Source: an uncultured delta proteobacterium (lineage in GTDB: Bacteria > Desulfobacterota > Syntrophia > Syntrophales > Smithellaceae). Taken from it: a DNA stretch of 64,000 bases. Shown here in pieces: positions 29,658 through 39,843 of the stretch. Positions within the stretch are counted from its first letter, which is position 1; every line of letters begins with the position of its first letter. The notes under the pieces are model-generated. The model made no database searches and was not told where the DNA came from. It was given only the letters and a program-made list of their open reading frames with translations. The stretch is from assembly GCA_963753975.1 (NCBI GenBank), contig CAVWEH010000005.1, positions 480,001 through 544,000 on the forward strand, in the 5' to 3' direction. Position numbers and translations under genes: made by a program.

Positions 29658-31121
29658 ATGAAAAGTCAGAATCGAAAAACTTTTTTCATGTTCTTAATGG
29701 CGTTTTTGATCGCCTTTTTTATTGTTTCTCTGGTGGAAGTTCTACGTTCTTCCTTTATGCCTTCAGGAGCGCCGGAAGTTCAAACGGCTTCGGCAATTTC
29801 TTCTTCTGAATCATTAAAAGTTCCTTTTTCTTTTTCCGATCTGGCCGAGCGTGTTAAACCCGCGGTAGTGAACGTCAGCACGACAAAAACATACAAGGGC
29901 CAGGGCGGTTTTGGTTCGCCTTTTGGGCGGTCACCTTTTGGCGACGATTTCTTTGATCGCTTTTTCGGCGATATTCCCCAACGTGACTTTAAGCAGAGAA
30001 GCCTTGGTTCGGGATTCATTATCAGCAGTGACGGATATATTTTCACCAATAATCACGTGGTAGAAAAAGCCGACAAGATTGTGGTAAAAGTCTCCGACGG
30101 GAATGAATATCAGGCAAAAATTATCGGCACCGATATTAAAACAGACATCGCCTTAATCAAAATCAAACCCAGCAACAGTTTGCCGGTTGTAGAAATCGGG
30201 GATTCCGACAAAGTAAAAGTAGGTGAGTGGGTCATTGCCATCGGCAATCCTTTCGGTTTGGAGCAAACAGTTACTGCCGGTATCGTCAGTGCCAAGGGAC
30301 GCGTTATCGGAGCAGGACCTTATGATAATTTTATCCAAACTGATGCATCTATTAATCCGGGCAACAGTGGCGGGCCATTATTTAACATGGAAGGAAAAGT
30401 CATCGGCATCAACACGGCTATTGTAGCTCAAGGTCAGGGTATTGGCTTTGCCATCCCGATAAATATGGCAAAAAGTATTCTGGGTGATTTGAAAACCAAG
30501 GGTAAAGTGACCCGCGGATGGCTGGGCATTTCCGTGCAGGATATTACAGATGAAATCGCAAAAAATCTGAACCACAAAGACAAAAGCGGAGCTTTAGTAT
30601 CCGATGTTTTTAAAGGCGATCCGGCGGATAAAGCGGGAATCAAAGCAGGCGACATAGTGACAGAGATCAACGGGAAGCCGATTAAAGACACTCATGATCT
30701 GCTCCTGACAATTGCCGAAATGCACGTTGGCGAAAAAGCATCGATTAAGGCATTGCGCGATGGCAAGGAAATGACGTTTCAAGTCGTGGTGGCGGAGCGC
30801 AAGGATAAAGCAGAAATGGCATCGGCAAGGGAATCAAAAGGATATTTTGGAATTGCCGCCCAGGAAATAACTGCGGAAATCTCTCGCCAGTTAGGAATCC
30901 CCCGTGAAGCCGGTGTAATAGTCACTGATGTAGCCAATGGCAGTCCGGCCGACGAGGTCGGCATTCAGCCGCAAGATATAATCATCCAAGTAAACAAAGT
31001 AAAAGTCGCATCAATAAAAGAATATAACAAGGAAATGAAGAAGGCTGCCGACAAGAAGAGTGTGACGCTTTGGATTATGCGCGGCAAATCAAAATTCTTT
31101 GTATCAATGAGTATAGATTAA
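29658..31121 (+). CDS. DegP/DegQ (HtrA) family serine endoprotease with two PDZ domains
   Basis: SLGSGFII, TNNHV, DIALIK, IQTDASINPGNSGGPL, RGWLGI. Confidence 0.96.
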   Translation: MKSQNRKTFFMFLMAFLIAFFIVSLVEVLRSSFMPSGAPEVQTASAISSSESLKVPFSFSDLAERVKPAVVNVSTTKTYKGQGGFGSPFGRSPFGDDFFDRFFGDIPQRDFKQRSLGSGFIISSDGYIFTNNHVVEKADKIVVKVSDGNEYQAKIIGTDIKTDIALIKIKPSNSLPVVEIGDSDKVKVGEWVIAIGNPFGLEQTVTAGIVSAKGRVIGAGPYDNFIQTDASINPGNSGGPLFNMEGKVIGINTAIVAQGQGIGFAIPINMAKSILGDLKTKGKVTRGWLGISVQDITDEIAKNLNHKDKSGALVSDVFKGDPADKAGIKAGDIVTEINGKPIKDTHDLLLTIAEMHVGEKASIKALRDGKEMTFQVVVAERKDKAEMASARESKGYFGIAAQEITAEISRQLGIPREAGVIVTDVANGSPADEVGIQPQDIIIQVNKVKVASIKEYNKEMKKAADKKSVTLWIMRGKSKFFVSMSID

Positions 31122-31144
31122 ATGAGAAATGACTTCATCTTCAT

Positions 31145-31177
31145 AAAAAAGGCAGGCTATCGTAGCCTGCCTTTTTT
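31145..31177. terminator. Bidirectional intrinsic terminator
   Basis: AAAAAAGGCAGGCTA-TCG-TAGCCTGCCTTTTTT between convergent genes. Confidence 0.9.
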
Positions 31178-31209
31178 ATTTTCTGTAATATAGGCCCGGG
31201 AATAAAAAA

Positions 31210-31225
31210 TGTTTCACGTGAAACA
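31210..31225. other. parS chromosome partitioning site
   Basis: Perfect intergenic palindrome TGTTTCACGTGAAACA. Confidence 0.9.
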
Positions 31226-31305
31226 TTGCCGTTAAGTTGAACGGAGATTGTACAAGCATGACCAATGTGCGTTGGCGAATTTAATCTTGCCGGGGCAATT
31301 ATCTC

Positions 31306-33474
31306 TTACCCTTTCAGCCACCGGGCATATTTATACATTTTACCCAAGGCTTTAACGGCCCGCTCCGGAGTAATAAAGTTTACTCCTTTATATTTGCAGC
31401 CCTCAACTTCAGTGATGGTCCGCGTTTTATCATCATTCAACAAATAAACCCCTATTACCGGTTTATCATATTTCTCCATTAGTCTTACCGTGCGTTCGAC
31501 AAACTGTTTTTCGAAATTATCCAGAAACGACAAAGAATCCTCGACAAATTTATCATCATATTTTTTATCTAAAGCAACCGTGGATTCCAGCACGGCTTTG
31601 ATCATTATTCTTCTGCCGATCATACCCATGTGGATTACCGCGTCGCAACCATCCCACTGAAGAAGCTCCTCGAGAATGGTCATATGCAATTCGGTATTCA
31701 TTTCCGCCACAAGATCTATCGGATTGGCATGGCTCCAAAACGGTGGCAGCAATTTATTAATGCGAGAAATTACATCCCCGGATAATTTTGGCACTTCCAA
31801 ATCATTCTCTATGCATAAATCTGAGGCGACAACGCCCCATCCCCCTCCCAAGGTCATAATGCCGATCCCTTTCCCTTGGGGAAGTGGTAACGAAGAAAAC
31901 GCAGCGGAAAGATCCAGTAAGTCCATGGGCTGTTCAACCAATATAATTCCTGCCTGCCGGCACGCTGCTTTAAATACTTTTACATTGGAAGCCAGGGCTC
32001 CCGTGTGGCTGGCTGCTGCATGGGCGCCTGCTTCCGTACGCCCGCCTTTTAAAGCAATAATCGGTTTTTTTCTGCCAACTCGTTTTGCCGCTTCAAAAAA
32101 TCTTCGGCCGTTTTTAATACTTTCTATATATAAAACTACCGTCTTGGTCAGTTCATCAACTTCAAATCCCTCCATAGCATCTTCAATTGTTATCATTGCT
32201 TCATTGCCCGAACCGCCGAACGCGCGGATGCCAATCCCTTCCTTTTCAGCAAAAGCCAATAGCTGTGTTCCCAGATTACCTGATTGCGTGACCAAAATAG
32301 TACTTCCCGCTTTTGGTCGCACATGTGTGCCTGTGCAATAAAGGGATATGTAGGGATTGCATATCCCCATTGTGTTGGGGCCGAGAATTAGAATTCCTGC
32401 TTCCCTCGCCTGCCTTACCAACTCATCTTCCAGGGCTTTGCCTTCCGCACCTATTTCAGCAAAACCCGACGAGATAAGTAATACATTTTTTATTTTCTTT
32501 ATCTTCAGTTCAGGTATTAAGGATAAGACTCTGCTTGCCGGAATTGTAATAACAGCAAGGTCAACCGGATCGGGTATTTCGGTTACAGATTTAAATACAT
32601 GCCTTCCGATAATTTCTCCGCCTTTGGAATTCACCAAGTAGATTCTCCCTTGGTATTTTCCCGCGAGAACATTAGTGAACATTAATTGCCCCCATTTGCT
32701 GATCTCTGCGGAAGCGCCAATAAATGCAATTGATTTCGGATAAAATAAATGTCCTATTGCCTTAGGTTCTATGGCAACAGGAGTTACTTTTTTATCGGGT
32801 ACCTTCCCCAAAACTATAAGGGCGTCAACCGCCGTTACTTTGCCATCGGCAGTAACTAATAATGGATTAATATCAATTTCTCTTATTTCGGGTATCTCTG
32901 TTCCAATTTTTGACAACCCCGCGATTGTTTTGATAAGCGCTTCTTTGTCCGCAGCTTTCTCCCCGCGAAACGCTCCCAGCAATTTTTGGGCATCTAATTC
33001 TCCGATCATTCTTCTTGCGTCATTTTCATCAAGAGGGGCAATGGAAAAAACAACGTCTCCGATTGCTTCGGTAAAAATTCCACCCAATCCGAACATCACC
33101 GTAGGACCAAACTGATCATCATGAAAAAGCCCTGCAACAAATTCTCTTTTACCCTTCAACATCGGTTGGATTAGGAAGCCTTCTAAATCACTTCCCGCCG
33201 CATCTTTTATATATAGCGCGGCAGCGTGCATATCTTCCTTATTCTTTAGGTTCAGCTTCACCAGGCCTCTTTCCGTTTTGTGTGTAAGACGAGAGCCTAA
33301 ACCTTTTAAAACAAGCGGATAACCTGTTTTTTCCGCCATGCTTTCTGCTTCTTCTATGGACTTAGCAATTTTTTCCTCCACAACCGGAACACCATATTTT
33401 TTTAACACTTCTTTAGCTTCCGCTTCTGTTAGCGTCGATCTTCCCTGGGACTTTGCTCTATTAATTATATCCAA
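31306..33474 (-). CDS. ADP-forming acetate/acyl-CoA ligase, fused, with N-terminal ATP-grasp (beta-alpha order)
   Basis: HKTERG, MFGLGGIFTE, DINPL, then CoA-binding part GPNTMG, QSGN, ASHTGA, NPIDL; TTG 33474 follows GGAGG. Confidence 0.92.
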   Translation of the reverse strand: MDIINRAKSQGRSTLTEAEAKEVLKKYGVPVVEEKIAKSIEEAESMAEKTGYPLVLKGLGSRLTHKTERGLVKLNLKNKEDMHAAALYIKDAAGSDLEGFLIQPMLKGKREFVAGLFHDDQFGPTVMFGLGGIFTEAIGDVVFSIAPLDENDARRMIGELDAQKLLGAFRGEKAADKEALIKTIAGLSKIGTEIPEIREIDINPLLVTADGKVTAVDALIVLGKVPDKKVTPVAIEPKAIGHLFYPKSIAFIGASAEISKWGQLMFTNVLAGKYQGRIYLVNSKGGEIIGRHVFKSVTEIPDPVDLAVITIPASRVLSLIPELKIKKIKNVLLISSGFAEIGAEGKALEDELVRQAREAGILILGPNTMGICNPYISLYCTGTHVRPKAGSTILVTQSGNLGTQLLAFAEKEGIGIRAFGGSGNEAMITIEDAMEGFEVDELTKTVVLYIESIKNGRRFFEAAKRVGRKKPIIALKGGRTEAGAHAAASHTGALASNVKVFKAACRQAGIILVEQPMDLLDLSAAFSSLPLPQGKGIGIMTLGGGWGVVASDLCIENDLEVPKLSGDVISRINKLLPPFWSHANPIDLVAEMNTELHMTILEELLQWDGCDAVIHMGMIGRRIMIKAVLESTVALDKKYDDKFVEDSLSFLDNFEKQFVERTVRLMEKYDKPVIGVYLLNDDKTRTITEVEGCKYKGVNFITPERAVKALGKMYKYARWLKG

Positions 33475-33670
33475 CTTCTTCCCTCCAAATAGACTGGTAA
33501 ACAGATTCCTTTGCAACGATATATTTAAATTATATTAATTATATTAGATGCTTATGCCATATACGGCTTGCCGCTCTGACTTCTAGTCATTAACACATGT
33601 TGCCTGATAATGCAACCATCTTCTTTCCGTGTCAATTTAATTTCCGTATTTACAAAACACATTTTTCTTC

Positions 33671-33699
33671 TTGACGAAACCATTTTGCACCAATACATT
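33671..33699 (+). promoter_or_regulatory. Putative sigma-70 promoter
   Basis: TTGACG-17 bp-TACATT. Confidence 0.45.
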
Positions 33700-33773
33700 T
33701 ATATAGAAAAATAATTGTGCTTTTACTAAAAATATAAAAGGACATTTTCTGATTTCTTTATTGCGGATACTCT

Positions 33774-34283
33774 ATGGCTGAAGATGAAATCAAACAAATT
33801 ATGATTAACGGCCGTTTGGTTGGTATTCTCGGCTTAGAGGATTCAATAAAGAAAATAGCTAAAAACTATAAAGGTAAAAGCGATGAAGAAATCAAAAAAA
33901 ACTTGCTGCAAGAGATTTCCGCTGACAATTATGTGCCTACGGCTGCAATAGCTGCTTATGGGCAGGCACTTTTGCGCGAATTTAAGATAGCGCAAAGATT
34001 GCCTGTTGCTGAAGAAAATATGCCTGGACTTAATATAGCAGTTTTGGGGATGGGTTGCTCGCGCTGCAATCAATTGGAAGATGATGTCCGCAATTTACTT
34101 TCGGAAATGAAAATTGCCGCCAATCTGACTCATATTAGCGACTTTAAGGAAATAGCGCGTTATGGAGTCCTAGGTTCTCCGGCACTGGTAATAAATAATG
34201 AGGTCGTCTCCGCAGGCGAAATACCGCCCAAAAGCAAAATCCGTCAGTGGATAATCGATGCATGTAATCGACCGAATAAATAA
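33774..34283 (+). CDS. Thioredoxin-like small redox disulfide protein (MTH895-like) with an N-terminal extension
   Basis: VLGMGCSRC, YGVLGSPALVIN. Confidence 0.8.
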   Translation: MAEDEIKQIMINGRLVGILGLEDSIKKIAKNYKGKSDEEIKKNLLQEISADNYVPTAAIAAYGQALLREFKIAQRLPVAEENMPGLNIAVLGMGCSRCNQLEDDVRNLLSEMKIAANLTHISDFKEIARYGVLGSPALVINNEVVSAGEIPPKSKIRQWIIDACNRPNK

Positions 34284-34310
34284 TATTAAAATATTCTGCA
34301 TAATTTAAAA

Positions 34311-34814
34311 ATGACCCAAAATAATCTCTCGCCAAAACTTTATCCGGCTTTTCTCAAAGGCATTATTATCCTGGCAGTTGCTTTATTTATTGCCGTTATT
34401 TTTAACTTGATCCGGCCTGCCGCTATAAACATATTCGGTTTTTCCTCCGCAGCTTTAGTCAAGGAAGAGCAAGCTAAAATTCCCAAAATAACTCTTTCCA
34501 CAGCTTACAATCTGTATCTAAAAAATAAAGTTATATTTATTGACGCTCGCGATCCTCTGAGCTACGCAGATGGTCATATAATGGGAGCAATCAACATCTA
34601 TCCTGATGAAGCTGCACTCTACTCGGCCAACCTAAGAATTAAAGCCGATCAGGGTTTCATTTTTATAGCATACTGCGACGGCCCCCAATGCCCTTTGAGC
34701 AAAGAAACGGCGTACGCCTTATTGCTGAGGGGCATTCCCGATGTGAAGGTTTTTGTTAATGGATGGATTCTTTGGTTAAAGGCCGGTCATCCCGTCTCGA
34801 GGGGAAAGAAATGA
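34311..34814 (+). CDS. Membrane-anchored rhodanese-like protein
   Basis: FIDAR, GHIMGAINI, YCDGPQC, GWILW. Confidence 0.85.
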   Translation: MTQNNLSPKLYPAFLKGIIILAVALFIAVIFNLIRPAAINIFGFSSAALVKEEQAKIPKITLSTAYNLYLKNKVIFIDARDPLSYADGHIMGAINIYPDEAALYSANLRIKADQGFIFIAYCDGPQCPLSKETAYALLLRGIPDVKVFVNGWILWLKAGHPVSRGKK

Positions 34815-35260
34815 CATTAAAAAATCCCTCTCGGGCTTTCATCCCTGTATTTGCCCTGGTTTGCCGGTTGACTCTGGCAATTATCTTCTTTTATGCCGGC
34901 ATAGAAAAAATTATCGATCCCAGAGATTTTGCTATAGCTATTTATAACTATCAATTGCTTCCGGATCGCATTATCAATTTATCAGCGATATTTTTGCCGT
35001 GGCTGGAAGTTTTCATAGCGGCAAGTCTCGTCGGCGGAATTTATATACGAGGAGCCGCCTTATTATCCGCCTTATTGTTTCTCATATTCGCCGCGGCACT
35101 GACAATAAATTTAGTCAGGGGCCTGGATGTTTCCTGCGGCTGTTTTGGAGCGTCTTCGGGAAATATAAGTTGGCTTTATCTTGCGCGCGACCTTTCTCTT
35201 TTTTGTATGTCTGTCTTCGTTCTGATTTACGACCGCGGCTGGCGTTATTTTTTCGTTTAG
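34811..35260 (+). CDS. MauE/DoxX family membrane protein
   Basis: LPWLE, RGLDVSCGCFG, LARD. Confidence 0.85.
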   Translation: MTLKNPSRAFIPVFALVCRLTLAIIFFYAGIEKIIDPRDFAIAIYNYQLLPDRIINLSAIFLPWLEVFIAASLVGGIYIRGAALLSALLFLIFAAALTINLVRGLDVSCGCFGASSGNISWLYLARDLSLFCMSVFVLIYDRGWRYFFV

Positions 35261-35275
35261 CGCTCGCGCAAACTA

Positions 35276-36049
35276 TCACTTTTGGCAACCAGGGCAATAA
35301 AAAGTGCTTCGTCCTCCCTGTTTTATCCTGCGTACTGTGCCTCCGCAAGTCATACATTGTTTTCCTTCTTGCCCGTAAACTTTCAATTCGTGCTGATTCT
35401 CACCTTTGCGGCCATACAAATCCCGCCAATCGGAAATCGACGTTCCTCTCTTGCCAATCGCTTTTTGGAGCACTATTTTAGCTTGATGAAATATCTTTCT
35501 CCACTCCGCTTCTTTCAATGTCGCCGCTGCTCTTTCGGGATGGATGCGCGCCTCGTATAAAATCTCACAGGCGTAAATATTGCCGATGCCGCTTACGGCA
35601 TTTTGATCCATTATCAGAGACTTCACTTTCGTCCTACGGCTGCCGTGAGCACTGACAAAATTTTTAAGGTCAAAATCCCTAAATATTTCACTCCCGGCAG
35701 CGTTTTTCTCTTCCTGCGACACTCTGATTGTCGCAAAACGGCGTGGATCTACCAGAAATACATTTCCGTCAGCAAATGACATCCTCCAGCGGCTGTGCTT
35801 ACGCTTTGACGAAATCTTCTGCCATAAAAGCCTTCCGGTCATGCGCAAATGAATAAAGATGATATTTCCGTCATCAAGAATGACCGCAATCATTTTGCCT
35901 TTGCGCTCTACTGCGACTATTCTTCTTCCCTTAATACCCTTTATGCTCTTTAATTTATCATCGAACACTGCGGTGGATAAAATTTCTTTGCCGCAAATTT
36001 TCTTTTTCAGTTGCCGACACAATGTTTCTACTTCGGGTAATTCAGGCAT
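35276..36049 (-). CDS. mutM: Formamidopyrimidine-DNA glycosylase
   Basis: MPELPEVET, HLRMTG, DPRRF, GIGNIYACE, C-terminal zinc finger. Confidence 0.95.
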   Translation of the reverse strand: MPELPEVETLCRQLKKKICGKEILSTAVFDDKLKSIKGIKGRRIVAVERKGKMIAVILDDGNIIFIHLRMTGRLLWQKISSKRKHSRWRMSFADGNVFLVDPRRFATIRVSQEEKNAAGSEIFRDFDLKNFVSAHGSRRTKVKSLIMDQNAVSGIGNIYACEILYEARIHPERAAATLKEAEWRKIFHQAKIVLQKAIGKRGTSISDWRDLYGRKGENQHELKVYGQEGKQCMTCGGTVRRIKQGGRSTFYCPGCQK

Positions 36050-36457
36050 TTTTTCGCTCCATGGCTGCCGGGACACATTTATCTTCTGCTTTTATTGTTA
36101 CTAAAAATAATTTCTTTTGCCTACTTCTTTTTTCGGTTTAACAAGTACAGCAGAAAAACCATCTAAGAAATTTTTTGAGGCTTTATGGATTAGATTTACA
36201 TAATTGTTTGCGCGACACGAAAAATTTTCAATTGATGTTTGATCAAGAATACGAAAATTGAAAATTCGGCGAACAAAAAAGCAAAGGACGCGAGAGAAAT
36301 TTATTTTAGAGAAAAATTTCATCTGTAAAAAAAAAGTCGTTTTATGAAAAAAAGTGTTGACAAATTTTTTTCTACGCGTACATTCAAATTATAGATTTTT
36401 ATTTTTTACATATAAAAAAATTTTTGCGGAGGAAAAACCTCCAGAAGGAGTAATCAA

Positions 36458-37768
36458 ATGGAAAACGAGACCCTATTTAATGAGGAGGCGGAACCTCCTG
36501 GTCCAGCGACCGGTCTTGTTAAAGTTAAAAATGAAGTAATTGACTTTTTCTCGATAGACGCAAAAACTAACCAGCCATATCCGGCTAAACAAAAGTCTGA
36601 CAGGATTATATTCCCTTTCAAAGATTCGGCTCGTTCACGTCTTTTCCGCAAACGACATTACCCAGACATAACCCGCTTCGAATGGTTCGACTGGCATTGG
36701 CAGCTGCGCAATGCCATAAGAGACGTCGACACATTATCGCAAATTATAAACTTGTCCGATAATGAACGTCAGGCGATGATGCACCATGCGGGAGCCCTGC
36801 CGGTTTCCATTACCCCATACTACGCGAGTTTGCTCGATCCTTTCGATGCTTCGGCTCCGCTGCGCCGCTGCGTTGTCCCGGTAGTCGATGAATGCCTCCA
36901 TACCGCGGGCGAAGAAGAAGATCCCTTGAACGAGGATGCCGATTCCCCAGTTCCCGGGATTGTGCATCGTTATCCTGACCGCGCTCTATTTTTGGTAACT
37001 GATTCCTGCTCTACCTATTGCCGTTATTGCACGCGTTCCCGCATTATTGAACGCAGTAATCAGTCCTATGTCGATTTCGAAAAATGGGAGAAGGCTATAG
37101 AGTATATCGAAAGCAATCAAAACATCCGAGATGTTCTTCTCTCTGGCGGTGATCCTTTAACCTTGTCCGACAACAAGCTGGAATGGCTGTTGATGCGCTT
37201 GCACAAAATTCCTCATATTGAACTTTTGCGTATCGGAACAAAAGTACCGGTTGTTTTGCCGCAGAGAATAACTCCGGCTTTAAGCGCCATGCTGAAAAAA
37301 TACCATCCTCTATGGATAAGTATTCATATTGCTCATCCCGATGAACTGACGCCGGAAATGAGCGCCGCGTGCATTCGCTTGGCCGATGCCGGAATTCCAC
37401 TGGGCAGTCAGACCGTGCTGCTTTCCGGCATTAATGATAACGTCGCCACAATGATGAGGCTGGTACACGGTCAATTGCAAATCCGGGTTCGTCCCTACTA
37501 TCTCTACCAGTGCGATCCCATTCCCGGCTCCTCTCATTTCCGCACACCGGTTAGTAAAGGACTGGAAATCATTCAGGGGCTACGCGGATATACAACGGGA
37601 TATGCCGTGCCTACTTATGTTGTCGATGCTCCCGGCGGTGGCGGAAAAATCCCTTTGCTTCCTGAACATGCTGTAGGCTGGGAAAAAGGCGACTTGCTTT
37701 TGCGCAATTATGAAGGAAATATTTTCCGTTATCCCGATAATCACGCAGAGCAAAAAGATATACATTAA
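36458..37768 (+). CDS. kamA: KamA-family radical SAM 2,3-aminomutase (lysine 2,3-aminomutase-like)
   Basis: DWHWQLRN, HRYPDR, CSTYCRYCTR, LLSGGDPL, YQCD, VDAPGGGGKIP. Confidence 0.92.
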   Translation: MENETLFNEEAEPPGPATGLVKVKNEVIDFFSIDAKTNQPYPAKQKSDRIIFPFKDSARSRLFRKRHYPDITRFEWFDWHWQLRNAIRDVDTLSQIINLSDNERQAMMHHAGALPVSITPYYASLLDPFDASAPLRRCVVPVVDECLHTAGEEEDPLNEDADSPVPGIVHRYPDRALFLVTDSCSTYCRYCTRSRIIERSNQSYVDFEKWEKAIEYIESNQNIRDVLLSGGDPLTLSDNKLEWLLMRLHKIPHIELLRIGTKVPVVLPQRITPALSAMLKKYHPLWISIHIAHPDELTPEMSAACIRLADAGIPLGSQTVLLSGINDNVATMMRLVHGQLQIRVRPYYLYQCDPIPGSSHFRTPVSKGLEIIQGLRGYTTGYAVPTYVVDAPGGGGKIPLLPEHAVGWEKGDLLLRNYEGNIFRYPDNHAEQKDIH

Positions 37769-37813
37769 AATATTAGTTAATTAAAAGCCGGGGGTAGATA
37801 GTTCTATTTGATT

Positions 37814-38806
37814 ATGGCTGTTAAAAAGTTGAAAGTTGGATTGACTTATGATCTGCGAGACGATTACCTAAAAGAAGGATACTCTCTTGAAGAAACAGCC
37901 GAATTTGATCTGCCCGATACTATTGACGCAATTGAAAAAGTCATTTTAGATAACGGTTACAAAGCCTGCCGAATCGGCAATATTAAAGCTTTGGTCCGCC
38001 ATCTTGCGGCAGGAGAACGTTGGGACATTGTTTTCAATATTGCCGAAGGTCTGCATGGTTTTGGCCGCGAGGCACAAGTTCCCGCCCTGTTAGACGCTTA
38101 CAAGATTCCCTATACTTTCTCCGACCCATTAGGACAGGCCATTACACTCCATAAAGGAATGACTAAAAATATCATTCGCGGCCTGGGAATTCCCACTCCT
38201 GACTTTGCCGTAGTTGGTAATGTCAAAGATATTGCCAGAGTCAACCTTCTTTATCCTCTTTTTGCCAAGCCGATAGCGGAAGGTACGGGTAAAGGCATAA
38301 CACCTATGTCGAAAATAAATAATCGGGAAGAACTACATCATGTTTGCCTGAACCTTTTACAAAACTTTAACCAACCGGTTCTTGTAGAAACTTATCTATC
38401 CGGCCGCGAATTTACAGTGGGTATACTAGGGACAGGTAAAGATGCCCGAGCCTTGGGTACGCTAGAGGTTATTCTCAAACCTATCGCGGAAAAAAATGCG
38501 TATTCTTATGAAAACAAGGAACACTATGATAAAGTGGTCCAATATGTTCTGGTTAATGATGATGAAGCCAAAAAAGCGATGGAAATATCACTTATGGCCT
38601 GGCAAGCTCTGGATTTAAAGGATGCCGGCCGTATTGACTTACGTTCTGACGCTCGCGGCATGCCTCATTTTATGGAAGTTAATCCTCTCGCCGGCTTAAA
38701 CCCCATACGTTCGGATTTGCCTATTTTGTGCACTCAATTAGGCATGAGCTATCATGAACTAATAAGTTCCATCATTGAATCGGCCATAAAGCGCGCTAAT
38801 AACTAA
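37814..38806 (+). CDS. ATP-grasp ligase, Ddl-like (1)
   Basis: VFNIAEG, KPIAEGTGKGI, GREFTVG, GRIDLR, EVNPLAG; lacks the Ddl N-terminal GGxSxE. Confidence 0.85.
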   Translation: MAVKKLKVGLTYDLRDDYLKEGYSLEETAEFDLPDTIDAIEKVILDNGYKACRIGNIKALVRHLAAGERWDIVFNIAEGLHGFGREAQVPALLDAYKIPYTFSDPLGQAITLHKGMTKNIIRGLGIPTPDFAVVGNVKDIARVNLLYPLFAKPIAEGTGKGITPMSKINNREELHHVCLNLLQNFNQPVLVETYLSGREFTVGILGTGKDARALGTLEVILKPIAEKNAYSYENKEHYDKVVQYVLVNDDEAKKAMEISLMAWQALDLKDAGRIDLRSDARGMPHFMEVNPLAGLNPIRSDLPILCTQLGMSYHELISSIIESAIKRANN

Positions 38807-38846
38807 TCATCAATCCAGATTGGCTGAATATTCTTCATGAAAGATT

Positions 38847-39842
38847 ATGATGAAAAAAATACTAATTTTGCACAGTGATATTTCGCCGGATGCCACAGAG
38901 GATGAACTTGATTGTCTCAAACAAGCCGAGACAATTGAAGCAGCCTTGCGCCGTCTGGATTACGAGCCCACGCTTTTTCCTTTTGGCCTTGATTTAAACC
39001 AAACGATAAAAAAGCTGAAATTCTTAAAACCGCAAGTCGTTTTCAACATAGCGGAAACTTTGGCCGCCAAAGGCAGTTTAATTTATTTCGCTCCCGCTAT
39101 TCTCGATATTCTGCAGATTCCTTATACCGGTTGCGGCACGCAAGCCTTGTTCCAAACATCAAACAAACCCCTGGCCAAAAAAATCATGTATGATGCCCAT
39201 ATTGCCACTCCGGCCTGGGTAACGCAAGAAGAGTTCAGCTCTCAAACTGCTCCTGCTAATATATATTTAATCAAATCTTCATGGGAACACGCTTCTATCG
39301 GTTTGGATGAAAACTCCCTCATTCGTTATACGAATAATGAAAATCTTTTGAAGGAAATGATCCGCCGCAAAGAAAAACTCGGCGGTTCTTGTTATGCCGA
39401 AGCCTATATTGACGGGCGTGAATTCAGTATAGCCCTTATCTCCGCTCCATCCGGTGTGATGGTTTTGCCGGTAGCCGAGATGCTTTTTCGGGATTATGCT
39501 CCGGATAAACCAAAGCTTGTGGACTATAAAGCCAAATGGGTGGCGGATTCTTTTGAGTACAATAACACAATACAAAAATTTGATTTCAATGAAACCGATG
39601 CTAACCTTATATCGGCCATGCGTGAAATTGCGCTGCGTTGTTGGCATCTTTTCGGTTTGCGCGGATACGCGCGAGTCGATTTTCGCGTTGATAATAACGG
39701 CAAGCCATGGGTACTGGAAATCAATTCAAATCCTTGCTTGTCGACTGATGCCGGTTTCGCCGCTGCGCTGGAACAGGCAAAAATAAAATATCACGAAGCT
39801 ATCGAGCTCATTATCAACGATGCTTTGAAATCACGGGTATGA
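38847..39842 (+). CDS. ATP-grasp ligase, Ddl-like (2)
   Basis: VFNIAE, PYTG, EHASIG, IDGREF, DYKAKW, GYARVDFR, LEINSNP. Confidence 0.85.
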   Translation: MMKKILILHSDISPDATEDELDCLKQAETIEAALRRLDYEPTLFPFGLDLNQTIKKLKFLKPQVVFNIAETLAAKGSLIYFAPAILDILQIPYTGCGTQALFQTSNKPLAKKIMYDAHIATPAWVTQEEFSSQTAPANIYLIKSSWEHASIGLDENSLIRYTNNENLLKEMIRRKEKLGGSCYAEAYIDGREFSIALISAPSGVMVLPVAEMLFRDYAPDKPKLVDYKAKWVADSFEYNNTIQKFDFNETDANLISAMREIALRCWHLFGLRGYARVDFRVDNNGKPWVLEINSNPCLSTDAGFAAALEQAKIKYHEAIELIINDALKSRV

Positions 39843-39843
39843 A

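Noticed and set aside
36080..36450. AT-rich stretch as oriC or small ORFs
   Set aside because: No DnaA-box cluster seen; it fits a divergent promoter region for mutM and kamA
37814..39842. Housekeeping ddl or van-type resistance ligases
   Set aside because: The N-terminal Ddl motif is missing and there is no mur or vanHX context
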